From: Nannocystaceae bacterium ST9
GTDB taxonomy: Bacteria; Myxococcota_A; Polyangia; Nannocystales; Nannocystaceae
Assembly (NCBI GenBank): GCA_048320885.1
Contig: JBLWFJ010000001.1
Location: 1,541,642-1,605,641 of the forward strand
Direction of reading: 5' to 3'
DNA length: 64,000 bases
The position numbers were made by a program, and so were the translations under genes. The notes under the pieces were generated by a model. The model did no database searches. It was not told the DNA's origin and saw only the letters and a program-made list of their open reading frames with translations. This document shows, piece after piece, positions 46,362-56,500 of the stretch; within the stretch, counting starts at the first letter, position 1; every line of letters starts with the position of its first letter.

Positions 46362-46829
46362 TCAGATCCCGACGCAGACCGGCAGCGGGTCACAGGGGTA
46401 GCAGATCATCTCGCCCGAGTAGGGATCGATCTCGCAGGGCGGCGGCGGATCGCAGCCGATCAACTCGATCTCGCACTGCTGCGGATGCTCGAGGCACTTC
46501 TCGTACGAGAGGCTCTCGCAGTCGACCTCGGGCACGCACATCGGGATCGGATCGCAGGGGTAGCAGAAGAGCAGCTCCTGGGTGACCGGATCGAATTCGC
46601 ACTGCGGGAAGTCGCAGCCGAACGCGATCACGGTGCAGCCATCGACTTGCTCGCACTTCTCGATCGAGACCTTTGCGCAGTTCGGTGAGAGCGAGGGCTT
46701 GGCTTCGCTCTCGAGCTCCGCCGATCGCTCGAACGACTCGTCGTCCTCGAGGCAGCCCGGGAGCGCGAACAGGGCGAGCAGGAACAGGGATGGGGTGGAC
46801 ACGCGATTCATGGGCGCAGGATCGCGCAA
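46362..46829 (-). CDS. Cys-rich lipoprotein with duplicated C...CYPCDP.P.CV module
   Basis: Lipobox LFALPGC. Two repeats, each ending ...LFCYPCDPIPMCV / ...MICYPCDPLPVCV. Confidence 0.6.
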   Translation of the reverse strand: MRDPAPMNRVSTPSLFLLALFALPGCLEDDESFERSAELESEAKPSLSPNCAKVSIEKCEQVDGCTVIAFGCDFPQCEFDPVTQELLFCYPCDPIPMCVPEVDCESLSYEKCLEHPQQCEIELIGCDPPPPCEIDPYSGEMICYPCDPLPVCVGI

Positions 46830-46934
46830 CGCCGCGCGTCGTGCTGTGCACGAGTTTCGCCTCGCCTCGCGGTGGGTGTCCGAGGCCGGCCGGCTTGCTC
46901 GCTCACTCGCTCACAGTGATACCTTGCGCGCCGC

Positions 46935-47813
46935 ATGATCGACTACGACCCCAAGGCCTGGCTGCGCATCGTCGTGACCCTGCGAGGCGCCGTCGCGCCG
47001 CGCTTGATCGTCCGGGTCTCGATCGCGATCGCGTTGGGCCTGGTCGCCTGGTGGGCGCACGTGACCGCCGAGGTCGCGATCCCGCCGCTCGCCCACACGC
47101 TGATCGGCGCCGCGCTCGGCCTGCTCTTGGTGTTTCGGACCAACGCCTCGTACGGCCGCTACGTCGAGGCCCGCGAGCTGCTCGGGCGGATCGTCAACGC
47201 CAGCCGCGACCTCGCCCGTCAGGTGGTGATCTACGTCGACGATCACCCCGAGCGCGCGGCGCTGCGGGCCGACGTGCTGCGCTGGATCGGCGCGTTCTAT
47301 CGCCTGCTCGTGCAGAACGTCCGCGACGAGCGAGAGCTCGGCGAGCTCGGCGAGCGGCTGAGCGCGAGCGAGCGGGCGCTGCTCGAGCCGCTGCGCCATC
47401 GGCCTTCGGTGGTCGCGACGTGGATCGGCGTGCGCCTGCACGCCGCGCACCGGGCCGGCCACCTCGAGATCGAGCCGCTGCGGGCGATGGACGCGAACCT
47501 GACCGTGCTGGTCGCCTCGCTCGGCGGCTGCGAGCGAATTCGTCGGACGCCGGTCCCCTTCGCCTACGCCCAGCACATCAAGCTGTTCATGGTCTTGTTC
47601 TGCTACACGGTGCCCTTCGCGATCGTCGAGGCGCTGGGGGTCTACACGCCGATCGCGTCGGGCGTGCTCTCGTTCGCGCTGTTCGGGATCGACGAGATCG
47701 GCGTGGAGATCGAAGACCCCTTCGGCAGCGATCCCAACGATCTGCCGATGGAGCGGATCGGCGACACCGTCGATCTCAGCACGCGCGAGATCGTCGAGGC
47801 CGGCGAGCGCTGA
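46935..47813 (+). CDS. Bestrophin/UPF0187 family anion channel homolog
   Basis: Four predicted TM segments and overall similarity to bestrophin-like YneE proteins. Confidence 0.7.
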   Translation: MIDYDPKAWLRIVVTLRGAVAPRLIVRVSIAIALGLVAWWAHVTAEVAIPPLAHTLIGAALGLLLVFRTNASYGRYVEARELLGRIVNASRDLARQVVIYVDDHPERAALRADVLRWIGAFYRLLVQNVRDERELGELGERLSASERALLEPLRHRPSVVATWIGVRLHAAHRAGHLEIEPLRAMDANLTVLVASLGGCERIRRTPVPFAYAQHIKLFMVLFCYTVPFAIVEALGVYTPIASGVLSFALFGIDEIGVEIEDPFGSDPNDLPMERIGDTVDLSTREIVEAGER

Positions 47814-47853
47814 GGCTGGACAAGCTCGCGGGCGTGCTCGAAACTCGCGAGCG

Positions 47854-49374
47854 GTGCTGACTCGCCGCAAGCTGCTGACCGGCGCGGGCTTGGCCTTGAG
47901 CTTCGCGGCGCTCGGGCGGAGCCGCAGCGCGCGGGCCAGCGGGCGCTGGGGTGAGCCGATCCCCGATCCTCGCGGCGTGCTCGATCTGCCGGCGGGGTTC
48001 TCCTACGTGATCCTCGAGGAGTCCGGGCAGACGATGAGCGACGGCTATCGGATGCCCGGGCGGCCCGACGGGATGGCCTGCTTCGCGGGTCCGAGCGGCA
48101 CGCTGATCCTCATGCGCAACCATGAGAACAGCGTCGGGGCGATCGCCGAGGGGCCCTACCGCGAGGGCCAGAGCGCGCCGCCCGAGGCCTACGATCCCAA
48201 CGGGATGGGCGGCGTGTCGCGAGTGGTCGTCGACGCGCAGTGCTTCTCACGGATCTCGAGCAACATGGTGTTGATCGGATCGTCGCGCAATTGTGCGGGC
48301 GGCCCGAGCCCCTGGGGCTGGCTGAGCTGCGAGGAGACCATCCTGATCAGCGGCGAACATCGCCACGGCTACGTGTTCGTGTGCCCGATCGACGCCGACT
48401 CGGTCCGGCCGCCCGATCGCAAGCTCGGCTACGGTCGCTTCTTCCACGAGGCCGCCGCGGTCGACCCGAGCACCAACGTCGCGTACCTGAGCGAAGATCG
48501 CCCCGACGGCTGCCTCTATCGCTTCGTACCCGACGCGATCGCCGAGCCCTTCGTCGGCAAGCTGCAGGCGCTCGCGGTCGTCGGTCAGCCCGGCTACTCG
48601 ACCGGGCTGCTCGAGGTCGGCAGCGTGCTCGACATCGAGTGGATCGACATCGACGAGCCCGATCCCGATCAAGACACGCTCCGGGCCGAGGCGCATGGCA
48701 AGGGCGCGGCGGTGATCCTGCGCGGCGAAGGCATGTGGTTTCACCAACCCGACGGGTCGGACGCGGGCCAGGTGTTCTTCTCGGCGACGATCGGCGGGCC
48801 GATCGGCAAGGGCCAGATCTTCCGCCTGATCGACGGCCCCGCGCCGACGCTCGAGGTGGTGTACGGCTCGAGCGATCCCGAGGTGCTCGACATGCCCGAC
48901 AACATCACGGTCGCGCCCTGGGGCGACCTCTTCGTGGTCGAGGACGGCACGGGGACCAACTCGATCCGCTGGCTCGACGGCGCGGGCGAGCTCCACCACT
49001 TCGGCCGGACCGGCCTGAGCGAGCTGACCGGGATCTGCTTCTCGCCGGACGGCCGGGCGATGTTCGTCAACATCCAGGCGGCCGGGCTGACGCTGGTGGT
49101 GACCGGGCCCTTCGTCGACGAAGGCGGCGGCGACACGGGCGAGGGCACGAGCAGCGAGACCGGGGCGAGCACGAGCGGCTCGGGCACGGGTGGCGACTCG
49201 AGCTCGAGCGACGAGGCCGGCGCGGCGACGTCGAGCGAGGCCTCGTGCGGCTCGGCCAGCGAGGCCGACGCGAGCTGTGCGTGCTCGAGCGACGCGGGCG
49301 TGGGATCGAGTGCGCTGGCGCTGGCGGCCGCCGGCGTGGTCGCGGCCGGCCTGCGCCGCGAATCCGGCGAGTGA
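47854..49374 (+). CDS. PhoX-family protein with TAT signal and MYXO-CTERM-like tail (paralog 3)
   Basis: TRRKLLTGAGLA TAT motif. Body is homologous to paralogs 1 and 2. C-terminus SCGSASEADASCACSSDAG...AAAGVVAAGLRRESGE. Confidence 0.8.
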   Translation: MLTRRKLLTGAGLALSFAALGRSRSARASGRWGEPIPDPRGVLDLPAGFSYVILEESGQTMSDGYRMPGRPDGMACFAGPSGTLILMRNHENSVGAIAEGPYREGQSAPPEAYDPNGMGGVSRVVVDAQCFSRISSNMVLIGSSRNCAGGPSPWGWLSCEETILISGEHRHGYVFVCPIDADSVRPPDRKLGYGRFFHEAAAVDPSTNVAYLSEDRPDGCLYRFVPDAIAEPFVGKLQALAVVGQPGYSTGLLEVGSVLDIEWIDIDEPDPDQDTLRAEAHGKGAAVILRGEGMWFHQPDGSDAGQVFFSATIGGPIGKGQIFRLIDGPAPTLEVVYGSSDPEVLDMPDNITVAPWGDLFVVEDGTGTNSIRWLDGAGELHHFGRTGLSELTGICFSPDGRAMFVNIQAAGLTLVVTGPFVDEGGGDTGEGTSSETGASTSGSGTGGDSSSSDEAGAATSSEASCGSASEADASCACSSDAGVGSSALALAAAGVVAAGLRRESGE

Positions 49375-49391
49375 TTGCGTAGACTCCGTCC

Positions 49392-50825
49392 GTGCGCGAG
49401 CCAATCCGCCTCCTCGCGGTGTTCTTGATCAGCCTGCTCGCGCTGGGCGTGCTGGCCGGACGCGAGCGGCTGAGCAAGCCGAGCCACGACAACCACTACA
49501 GCCACCTCGCGGCGGCCTGGCTCGACGGCCGCCTGCATCACGAGGGCAAGCCGCCCGGATGGTGTACGCCCGAGCGCTCGCGCAAGAAGGAGTGTCGACG
49601 GCACGACTTCGACGACTGGGCGGTGGTCTGGACGCTCGGGCTCGCCGATGGCTCGACGCTGCGCGGCTACCCCTGCAAGACCACCGCATGCCTCGAGAGC
49701 CGCAAGCAGGGCCGCGAGTCGTGGTGGGTGATCGGCGAGGGTCTGCGCGTGCTCGAGCGCGGCGAGATCCGTTCGCGCAAGGACACCTGGTACGTCAGCT
49801 TTCCGCCCGGGCCGGCGCTGGCGATGCTGCCGGCGGTCGCGATCTGGGGCGTGGGGGCGTGGGACGTGCTGATCACCTGCTTGTTCGCCGCGCTGATCCC
49901 CGTGGTGTTGCTGCGCTGGTTCGACCGCGAGCGAGGGCTCGCCGATCGCCGCGCTCGCGATCATCTGTGGGCGGTCGCGGCCTGGACCTTCGCTAGCCCG
50001 GCCCTGCTGATCGGCGCGCACGGGCGGGTGTGGTTCACCGCGCAGATCCTCGGGGCGCTCTGCACCTGCCTGTATCTGTCGGCTGGTTGGAAGTGTCGCA
50101 GGCCGGCGATGGCCGGGCTCTGGCTCGGCCTGGCGGTCTCGTGTCGGCCCCACATGGCGCTCGCCCTGCCCTTCTTCGTGATCGAGTGGTGGCGCGAGAG
50201 CCCACCCGGACGCGCGCGTTGGATCGCCGCGCTGCGCTTCGCGGCCCCGCTCGCGGTGATCGGCGTCGCGCTGATGTGGATGAACTACGCTCGCTTCGGC
50301 GACGTGTTCGAGTTCGGCCACCGCTACCTCGAGATCCGCTGGCAGCAGCGCATTCAGGAGGTCGGGATGTTCTCGGTCGAGTACCTCGGCCGCAACCTCC
50401 AGTGTGCGTTCAGCCTGCTGCCGGTCTGGCGCGAGGGGCCTTGGGACGGTCGACTGCCGCGGGTGTCGATGCACGGCTCGAGCGTGCTGCTCGGCGCGCC
50501 CTGGTTGCTCGCGCTGCTCTGGTCGCGCGACGCCCTGCCGCAGCGGCTCGGGTTGATCGCCAGTGCGGTGTTGGTCGCGATCCCTTCGCTGCTCTACCAG
50601 AACAGCGGGCAGCTGCAGTTCAGCTATCGCTTCGCGCTCGACTGGCTGCCGATGCTGCTCGCCGCGATCGTGTTCGGTGGCGGCGCGAAGGGCTGGGCGT
50701 TTCGCGGCTTGGTCGTGCTCGGCGGGCTCTGGCAGGTCTATGGCGCGTGGTTGTTCGGTCGCAAGCCCGGGCTCTTGTTCGTGACCGATCCGCTCGGCTG
50801 GCCCTTCGAGTCTGAGCTCGAGTGA
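49392..50825 (+). CDS. Polytopic membrane protein, GT-C-fold glycosyltransferase-like (DUF2029/PMT-like)
   Basis: More than 10 hydrophobic segments, W/R-rich loops, no soluble catalytic motif seen. Confidence 0.6.
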   Translation: MREPIRLLAVFLISLLALGVLAGRERLSKPSHDNHYSHLAAAWLDGRLHHEGKPPGWCTPERSRKKECRRHDFDDWAVVWTLGLADGSTLRGYPCKTTACLESRKQGRESWWVIGEGLRVLERGEIRSRKDTWYVSFPPGPALAMLPAVAIWGVGAWDVLITCLFAALIPVVLLRWFDRERGLADRRARDHLWAVAAWTFASPALLIGAHGRVWFTAQILGALCTCLYLSAGWKCRRPAMAGLWLGLAVSCRPHMALALPFFVIEWWRESPPGRARWIAALRFAAPLAVIGVALMWMNYARFGDVFEFGHRYLEIRWQQRIQEVGMFSVEYLGRNLQCAFSLLPVWREGPWDGRLPRVSMHGSSVLLGAPWLLALLWSRDALPQRLGLIASAVLVAIPSLLYQNSGQLQFSYRFALDWLPMLLAAIVFGGGAKGWAFRGLVVLGGLWQVYGAWLFGRKPGLLFVTDPLGWPFESELE

Positions 50826-50856
50826 GCGCCACGAACCCTGGCGACTCGGACAAATT

Positions 50857-50895
50857 GAAAAGAGGCCGCTCCCTCGGGAGCGACCTCTTTTCACC
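50857..50895. terminator. Bidirectional intrinsic terminator hairpin between the converging GT-C gene and hcp
   Basis: aaaagaggccgctccc-tc-gggagcgacctcttttca. 13-bp GC-rich stem with one mismatch, flanked by A-run and T-run. Confidence 0.5.
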
Positions 50896-50918
50896 GACGC
50901 CGGAGCGCCGAGTTCGGC

Positions 50919-51410
50919 TCACTGGTTCTCGCGCCAGTTGTCGTGGTGCTCGACGCCGCCGTCCTCGTAGGTCCAGGTGATCGAGTGGAACACGAAGCTG
51001 ATCTCCTCGGTCGGGGGCTCGACCGCGGAGGCCGGGTCGATGGTGTCGGGCGAGACCCGCTTGATGCCGGCGACGCGGCCTTCGGTGAACTTGATGGTGA
51101 AGAACTGCTGGGTGGTGCCGTCGCCGGTCGGGCTCGGACGGAAGAACTTGAAGGTGCCCTCGACGATCTCGTTGTTGCACAGCGCCTTGGCCAGCAGCGG
51201 CGAGGACTTGTCGATGCGCTTGCGCAGGACGATCGGCTCGTAGGTGCGGCGGCCGGTGGCCATGCCGCTGCCCTTCTCGCGGGCCGTACGAACGGAGTCT
51301 TCGAAGTAGAGGCACTCGATCGAGTCTTCGCGACCGAGGCTGGTCTGGGTGCTCTCACCCTTGATGTCGGAGCCGTTCGCCTTGAGGTAGAGGTGTACTG
51401 TCTCGGCCAT
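50919..51410 (-). CDS. hcp: Type VI secretion tube protein Hcp
   Basis: 163 aa. MAETVHLYLKANGSDIKGES... is typical of Hcp1. Confidence 0.9.
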   Translation of the reverse strand: MAETVHLYLKANGSDIKGESTQTSLGREDSIECLYFEDSVRTAREKGSGMATGRRTYEPIVLRKRIDKSSPLLAKALCNNEIVEGTFKFFRPSPTGDGTTQQFFTIKFTEGRVAGIKRVSPDTIDPASAVEPPTEEISFVFHSITWTYEDGGVEHHDNWRENQ

Positions 51411-51551
51411 GGTGTTTCGTTGCTTTCTCGGACGGTCGGGTTGACCGACTCTCGTGGTTCGCGTTGATCTCCGCGAAGATCGGGTGCTGTCTCGGGTGCG
51501 ATGAGACGTTAGGACTCGGGTACGTTGAATGTCAAGGACGCCTGGACGCGT

Positions 51552-53270
51552 TCAAGCGCCCAGAGCCACCCTCAGCGGCAGGTCGAAACCGACCTCGAAG
51601 GGGATCGAGGCGAGCCGCGGACTGACCGTCGCGACCAGACGGATCGCGGGGCCATCGGACCCATCGACGACGCCGGCATCGAGCCGAGCACCTTCGCTGA
51701 GTCCTGGAAACAAGAACACCGTGGACGCATCGGTGAACAACTTCGCGACTTGATCGCGAGGCGTTCCGACCGGCACCTGCTCGGCGACCCACATGCCGAA
51801 GCGCACCAAACGCCCGGTCAAGATTTGGGCCGGAAGCGGCACGGCATCCTTGGATCCACGCAAGGTCGGTACGCCCGACAACGCGATCATGTCGGTGTTG
51901 CGACCGCTGCCGAGGCCCACGATACCCAACTCGGCGAGCTCGGACTGGGCCTTGATCGACAGGAACGCGGCGGTCGGAATCGTCGAACCAGCTTCGCGGC
52001 CCTTCGTGACTTCGTGCAGGCCCGGAGCCTTGAGCGATCCGTCCTTGCCCATGACCCGAGCGAATCCGCCGGTGTGCCTGAAGCTGGCCGCGAGCATGGC
52101 CGCGAGCACGAACACCGGATTGCCGAACACGCTGCGGCGAGCCGTGCCGGCCCCTTCGACGGCGACGACCGGATCGTTGAAGACCACGCTCATCCAGCGT
52201 GAGACCTCGTCCGATCGCAGATCGGCCCAACCTTCGGGCAGCGCCGCGCTGGGGTCTGGCTTGGCGTCGCGCAGGACCTGGCCGACGTCCTCGGCGTCCT
52301 CGACGTCGAACAACGCCGGACCGACGCCGACGACGACCGGCGCGTGGAGGTCTTCGGCCAGGGACGCGAGCGCCTGAAATTGTCCGGCGACCTGCGAGCG
52401 ATGATCGAAGCGATCGAACACGAAGAACGCGTCGGGCCGGTTCATCGCTTCGTCGTCGAGGCAGGCCTTCATCGCGGCCTCGATCTGATCGCTACCGGCG
52501 TCGACGACCTCGACCAGCATGCCGGAGCGCTTGGGGCACTGCTCGACGACCAGCTTGAGCCCGCGCCAGAGCGCCTCGGGCTCGGTCACCGCGGGGTGAT
52601 TGAGGATCGCGTTGACGGCCCCGAACACGGCCGTCTCGACCAGCTCGCGAGCGCGGCGAGGCACCGGCGTGCCCTTGTCGGCGACCTTGCTGGTGCTGCC
52701 GCGGATCGCCGTGATGAACGAGTCGACCGCACGCTTGCTCTCGGTCTGCCGCGCGACGCCACGCTCGAGCAGCTCGTCGACCAGCTCGCCCGACGCGGGC
52801 TTGGACTCGGTGTCTCGGTCGCGGGCGGCCGACTCGACGGCGGGCGCCGGCGTGGGCTCGCTCGCGGACTCGGGCGGCTCGCTCAGCAACTTGCCGAGCT
52901 CGCTGGCCAGCGGACCCTCGCCGATCAACGCGACCACGCGGGCGACCGCGGCCTCGGCCGAGGGCCGACGCGAGCTCGGACCCGCGACCTCGTCGGCCAG
53001 CTTGCGCAGCTCGCCGAGCACCGGGACGGTCGCGAGCACATGCTTGATCGCGTAGTGCTTGAGCTCGGCGAAGTTCAGCTCGACCTCGTGCTTGCCGGCG
53101 GCTCCGAGCGCGGGCCCGATGTCGAGCTTGGCCCCGAGCTTGGCGGCAGTGAACGCGGCCGCGAAGCCCTCGCCATCGAGCACGAAGCGACGGCCGGTGG
53201 GCGCGTCGGACAGCGCCCCGAGCAGCAGCCAATGAACGTGGGCAGAGTCGCGTGCGGAAGCTTCGGTCAT
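51552..53270 (-). CDS. T6SS sheath-like protein; apparent TssB-like N-terminus fused to a divergent TssC-like C-terminus
   Basis: The N-terminus matches the TssB pattern (VELNFAELKHYAIKHVLATVPVLGELRKL vs tssB VSLRFKSMKDFTPEGVVSQVPELQKLLDL). After a Pro/Glu linker the body aligns by eye with the TssC core (LHAPVVVGVGPALFDVEDAEDV vs AHAPFLGNAGPQMFGIESYEEL). Confidence 0.5.
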   Translation of the reverse strand: MTEASARDSAHVHWLLLGALSDAPTGRRFVLDGEGFAAAFTAAKLGAKLDIGPALGAAGKHEVELNFAELKHYAIKHVLATVPVLGELRKLADEVAGPSSRRPSAEAAVARVVALIGEGPLASELGKLLSEPPESASEPTPAPAVESAARDRDTESKPASGELVDELLERGVARQTESKRAVDSFITAIRGSTSKVADKGTPVPRRARELVETAVFGAVNAILNHPAVTEPEALWRGLKLVVEQCPKRSGMLVEVVDAGSDQIEAAMKACLDDEAMNRPDAFFVFDRFDHRSQVAGQFQALASLAEDLHAPVVVGVGPALFDVEDAEDVGQVLRDAKPDPSAALPEGWADLRSDEVSRWMSVVFNDPVVAVEGAGTARRSVFGNPVFVLAAMLAASFRHTGGFARVMGKDGSLKAPGLHEVTKGREAGSTIPTAAFLSIKAQSELAELGIVGLGSGRNTDMIALSGVPTLRGSKDAVPLPAQILTGRLVRFGMWVAEQVPVGTPRDQVAKLFTDASTVFLFPGLSEGARLDAGVVDGSDGPAIRLVATVSPRLASIPFEVGFDLPLRVALGA

Positions 53271-53522
53271 GATCTCGTCGCTCGTTGGTGTCCGATCGTC
53301 GGCGAAGCTGTCGATCCACTCGCGAATCGATCCAGCGCCTCGGTTCGCGCGGCCAGGGTATCCGCAACCAACCGGCAGTCCAAGCCCGATTCCACGTGAA
53401 AAACCGAGTCAGCCGCCCGCGATCGAGAAATCTCTGCGATCGTCGACACGCGTCGACGAGGTGACGGGGCGCTCGCAGCCCCGTGGGCGGGTGGTTTCGA
53501 GCGCCCCCGATCGTCGCGCACC

Positions 53523-56500
53523 TCAAGTCAGCTTGCTGGCGGCCTCCGGGTCGATTCGGCACAGTCGCTCGAACGCCGAGTCGCTGGTCAGCGGGGGCTT
53601 GGCCTTCTCGGCGTCGGCCCGAGCGCGGACCAGCCCTTGCAGGCAGCGCGTCGCGAGCTCGGGCTCCCAGCGATCGAGCCCGCGCTCGTCGAGCTCGCGG
53701 GCGAGGCCGCCGAACAGGCCGAGCGCGACACGGGGCGCTCCGGCCCCAGCCATCTCCGCCAGTGCCAATCGGATCAGCATACGGTTGCGATCATTGCTGG
53801 CGGAATCGATCAGCGCTTGAACCTGCTTGGCCGCGTCGCCGAACTTGCCGCCGCCGGCCGCCTTCTTGGCTTCGTCGAGCGCCGCGACAACGTCTTCGGG
53901 CAGACCCCCCGGACCGCCGCCGCCTCCCGAGCCGCCCGCGTCGACGAACACGTCGTTGTCGATCCAGGCCTTGGCGTCGGGGCTGCACATGGTCGTCCCG
54001 TTGCCGAAGTTGAGCGTCATGACCATCGGCATCCGACCGATCAGCGAGTGCACGCCGTCAATCACCGCGTCGCGTGCGTCACCGTGGCCGAGCTGCCCGA
54101 GCGCGAGCGCGCTGAGCCAGTGCAGGTCCATCCAGAACCGAAAGCGCATCAGCGACGACTCGGTCTCTTCGAGGACGTCGGCCCACTTGCCGTTGGCCTT
54201 CATCAGCTCGAGCCGCTTGAGCAGGTCGGGCGGCGGCGCGGGGATCTGGGTGTTGCCGTTGGGCTGCGCGGGCGGTGGGTTGACGATGTGCAGGTAGAGA
54301 CCCTGACGCATCAATCGATAGGCCAGCGGATCGCGGAGGTTGGCCCGGCGCATCAGGTTGGCCGTGCTGATCAGATCGCCGCCGACCTTGGCGAGGTACT
54401 GGACCGCCTCCTCGGCGGACTTGGGCGCGGCTTGAGCCGCGGGCATCGGTGCACCGCCGCCGGCAGGCGCCGCTGCTGGGGCCGGCGCGGCGCTGGGTTG
54501 AGGTGGTGGCGGCGGGGCAGCGGGGGGCGGTGGCGGTGGCGGTGCGGCCGGCTTGGGCGGCTCGGGCACCGACATCTCGAGCCGGCTGATCGCGTCGCGC
54601 AACCCTCGGGTCGCGGGCGGGCTCTCGAACTTCTGATTGATGACGCCGAACAGGTGCTTGGCCGCGAGGCCGAGCTTGACGATCGACTCGCGCTCGGCGG
54701 CCGTCGGCTTGTGCTCGCCGACCTCGCGCTCGAGCTGATCGAGCAGCCAGCTCATCGCGTTCGACCGCCGGCGCTCCTTGTCCTTGGGCGGCTGCATGTC
54801 GTCCCAGAACCGATCGCAGAGCTCGGCGAGCATCGCGAGGCCCTGGACCAACCCCTCGAACCCGCGCTGCCTGTGCAGCGCGCGAGCGAGGTAGGCCGCG
54901 ATCAAGAGGTCCTTGCTCCTCGTCTGCAGCAGCTTGGTCGAGATCCGCTGGACGCTCGGCCAGTCCGGCTCGCCGCCGCTGACCGACTCGAGCTTGCCGA
55001 TCTCGTTGCGGACGGCCTCGTGATCGGGGTCGTACTTCGCGTCTTCGCCGGCCGGCTTGGCCTCGGAGATCGGCTTGATCCACGCCTCGGCGAGCGCGGC
55101 CGGATCGAAGGCGGGCTTGGCCGGCTCGGCCGCGGGCGCCGACGCGGGTGCAGACGCGGCGGGCTGAGGCGCGGGTGCGGACGCGCTCGGTGCAGGTGCG
55201 GGCTGGGGCGCCGCGGCGGGCTGGGGCGGCGGAGCGGGAGGTGGCGCGGCGACCTGAGGCGCCGACATCTTGGCCCGGTTGATCGCGTCGCGCAGCCCTC
55301 GGGTGGCCGGGCCCGACTCGACGAAGCGAGCGTTGAACACCCCGAACATGTGCTTGGCGACCTCTTCGAGATCGGCGAGCGGCTTGCTGTCCTTGGCCGT
55401 CGGGGTCAGATCGGTCAGCACCCGCTCGACCGGCTCGAAGAGCCAGGTGATCGCGTTGGAGCGCCGGCGCTCCTTGTTGGGATGCACGTCGTCCCAGAAG
55501 CGATCGCAGAGCTCGGCGATCAACGCGAAGCCGGTGACCAGCCCGTCGAGCCCCTCGAGTTCGAAGAGCGCGCGGGCGAGGTAGGTCGCGAGCACGAGAT
55601 CCTTGCTCTTCGTCTCGAGCAGCTTGCCGGTGATCCGCTTGACCGCGATCCAGTCGGGCTGGACGCCCGAGACCGACTGCAGCTTGTCGATCTCGTTGCG
55701 CGCCTCGGTGTGCTCGGCGTCGTAGCGCGTGTCTTCACCGACCTTGCTCGGCCCGGGGATCGGCTCGAGCCACTTGGCCACGCGCGGCGTCCAGGGCTGA
55801 GCCGGCGCTGCGGAGGTGGCTGCGGGCGGTGGTGGAGGAGGTGGCGGGGGTGGAGGTGGTGGTGGAGGGGGCGGAGGTGGTGGAGGTGGTGGCGGTGCAG
55901 CGACCGGCGCAGGCTCGGGTGCCGGAGGCGTCTCGATGACGGGCGGCGCCTCGATGGGTGCGGAAGTCGATGCCTCGACGGGCGCCGGTTCAGGCTCGGG
56001 TTGCGGAGGCGGAGCAGCCACGGGCTCGGGCGCAGGCGCGGGCTCGGGCGCTGGTGTGCCGGCGGGCGCAGAACCGCCAGCGAGCGCCGCCGCGAGGGCG
56101 GCCTGCTCGTCGGCGGACGCGGGCGGCAAGTTCAACTCGAGCCGCTTGATGCCATCGGTCAGCGAACGCATGCTGGGCGCTTCGTCGCCGAAGCGATCGC
56201 GGACGATCCTCGCCAGCTCGGGTCCATACTCGCCGAGCAACGCGATCGCGATTCGATCCTTCGCACCGACCTGCATGCTGCCGCTCGCCGCCTCGAAGCG
56301 ACCGATGAACCAAGACAGCGCGTTGGCTCGCCCGCGCAGCCGCTTGACCGGCGGGAACCCGTCGTCCCAGTACTTCTCCATCAGCCCGTTGAGCAGGCGC
56401 AACCCGGCCGCGAGCCCGCCGAGCCCCTCGAGCTCGTACCAGGCCCACGCGACGTAGCAGGCCAGCAACACGTCCTTGCTGACGGCGCGCAGCAAGTCGC

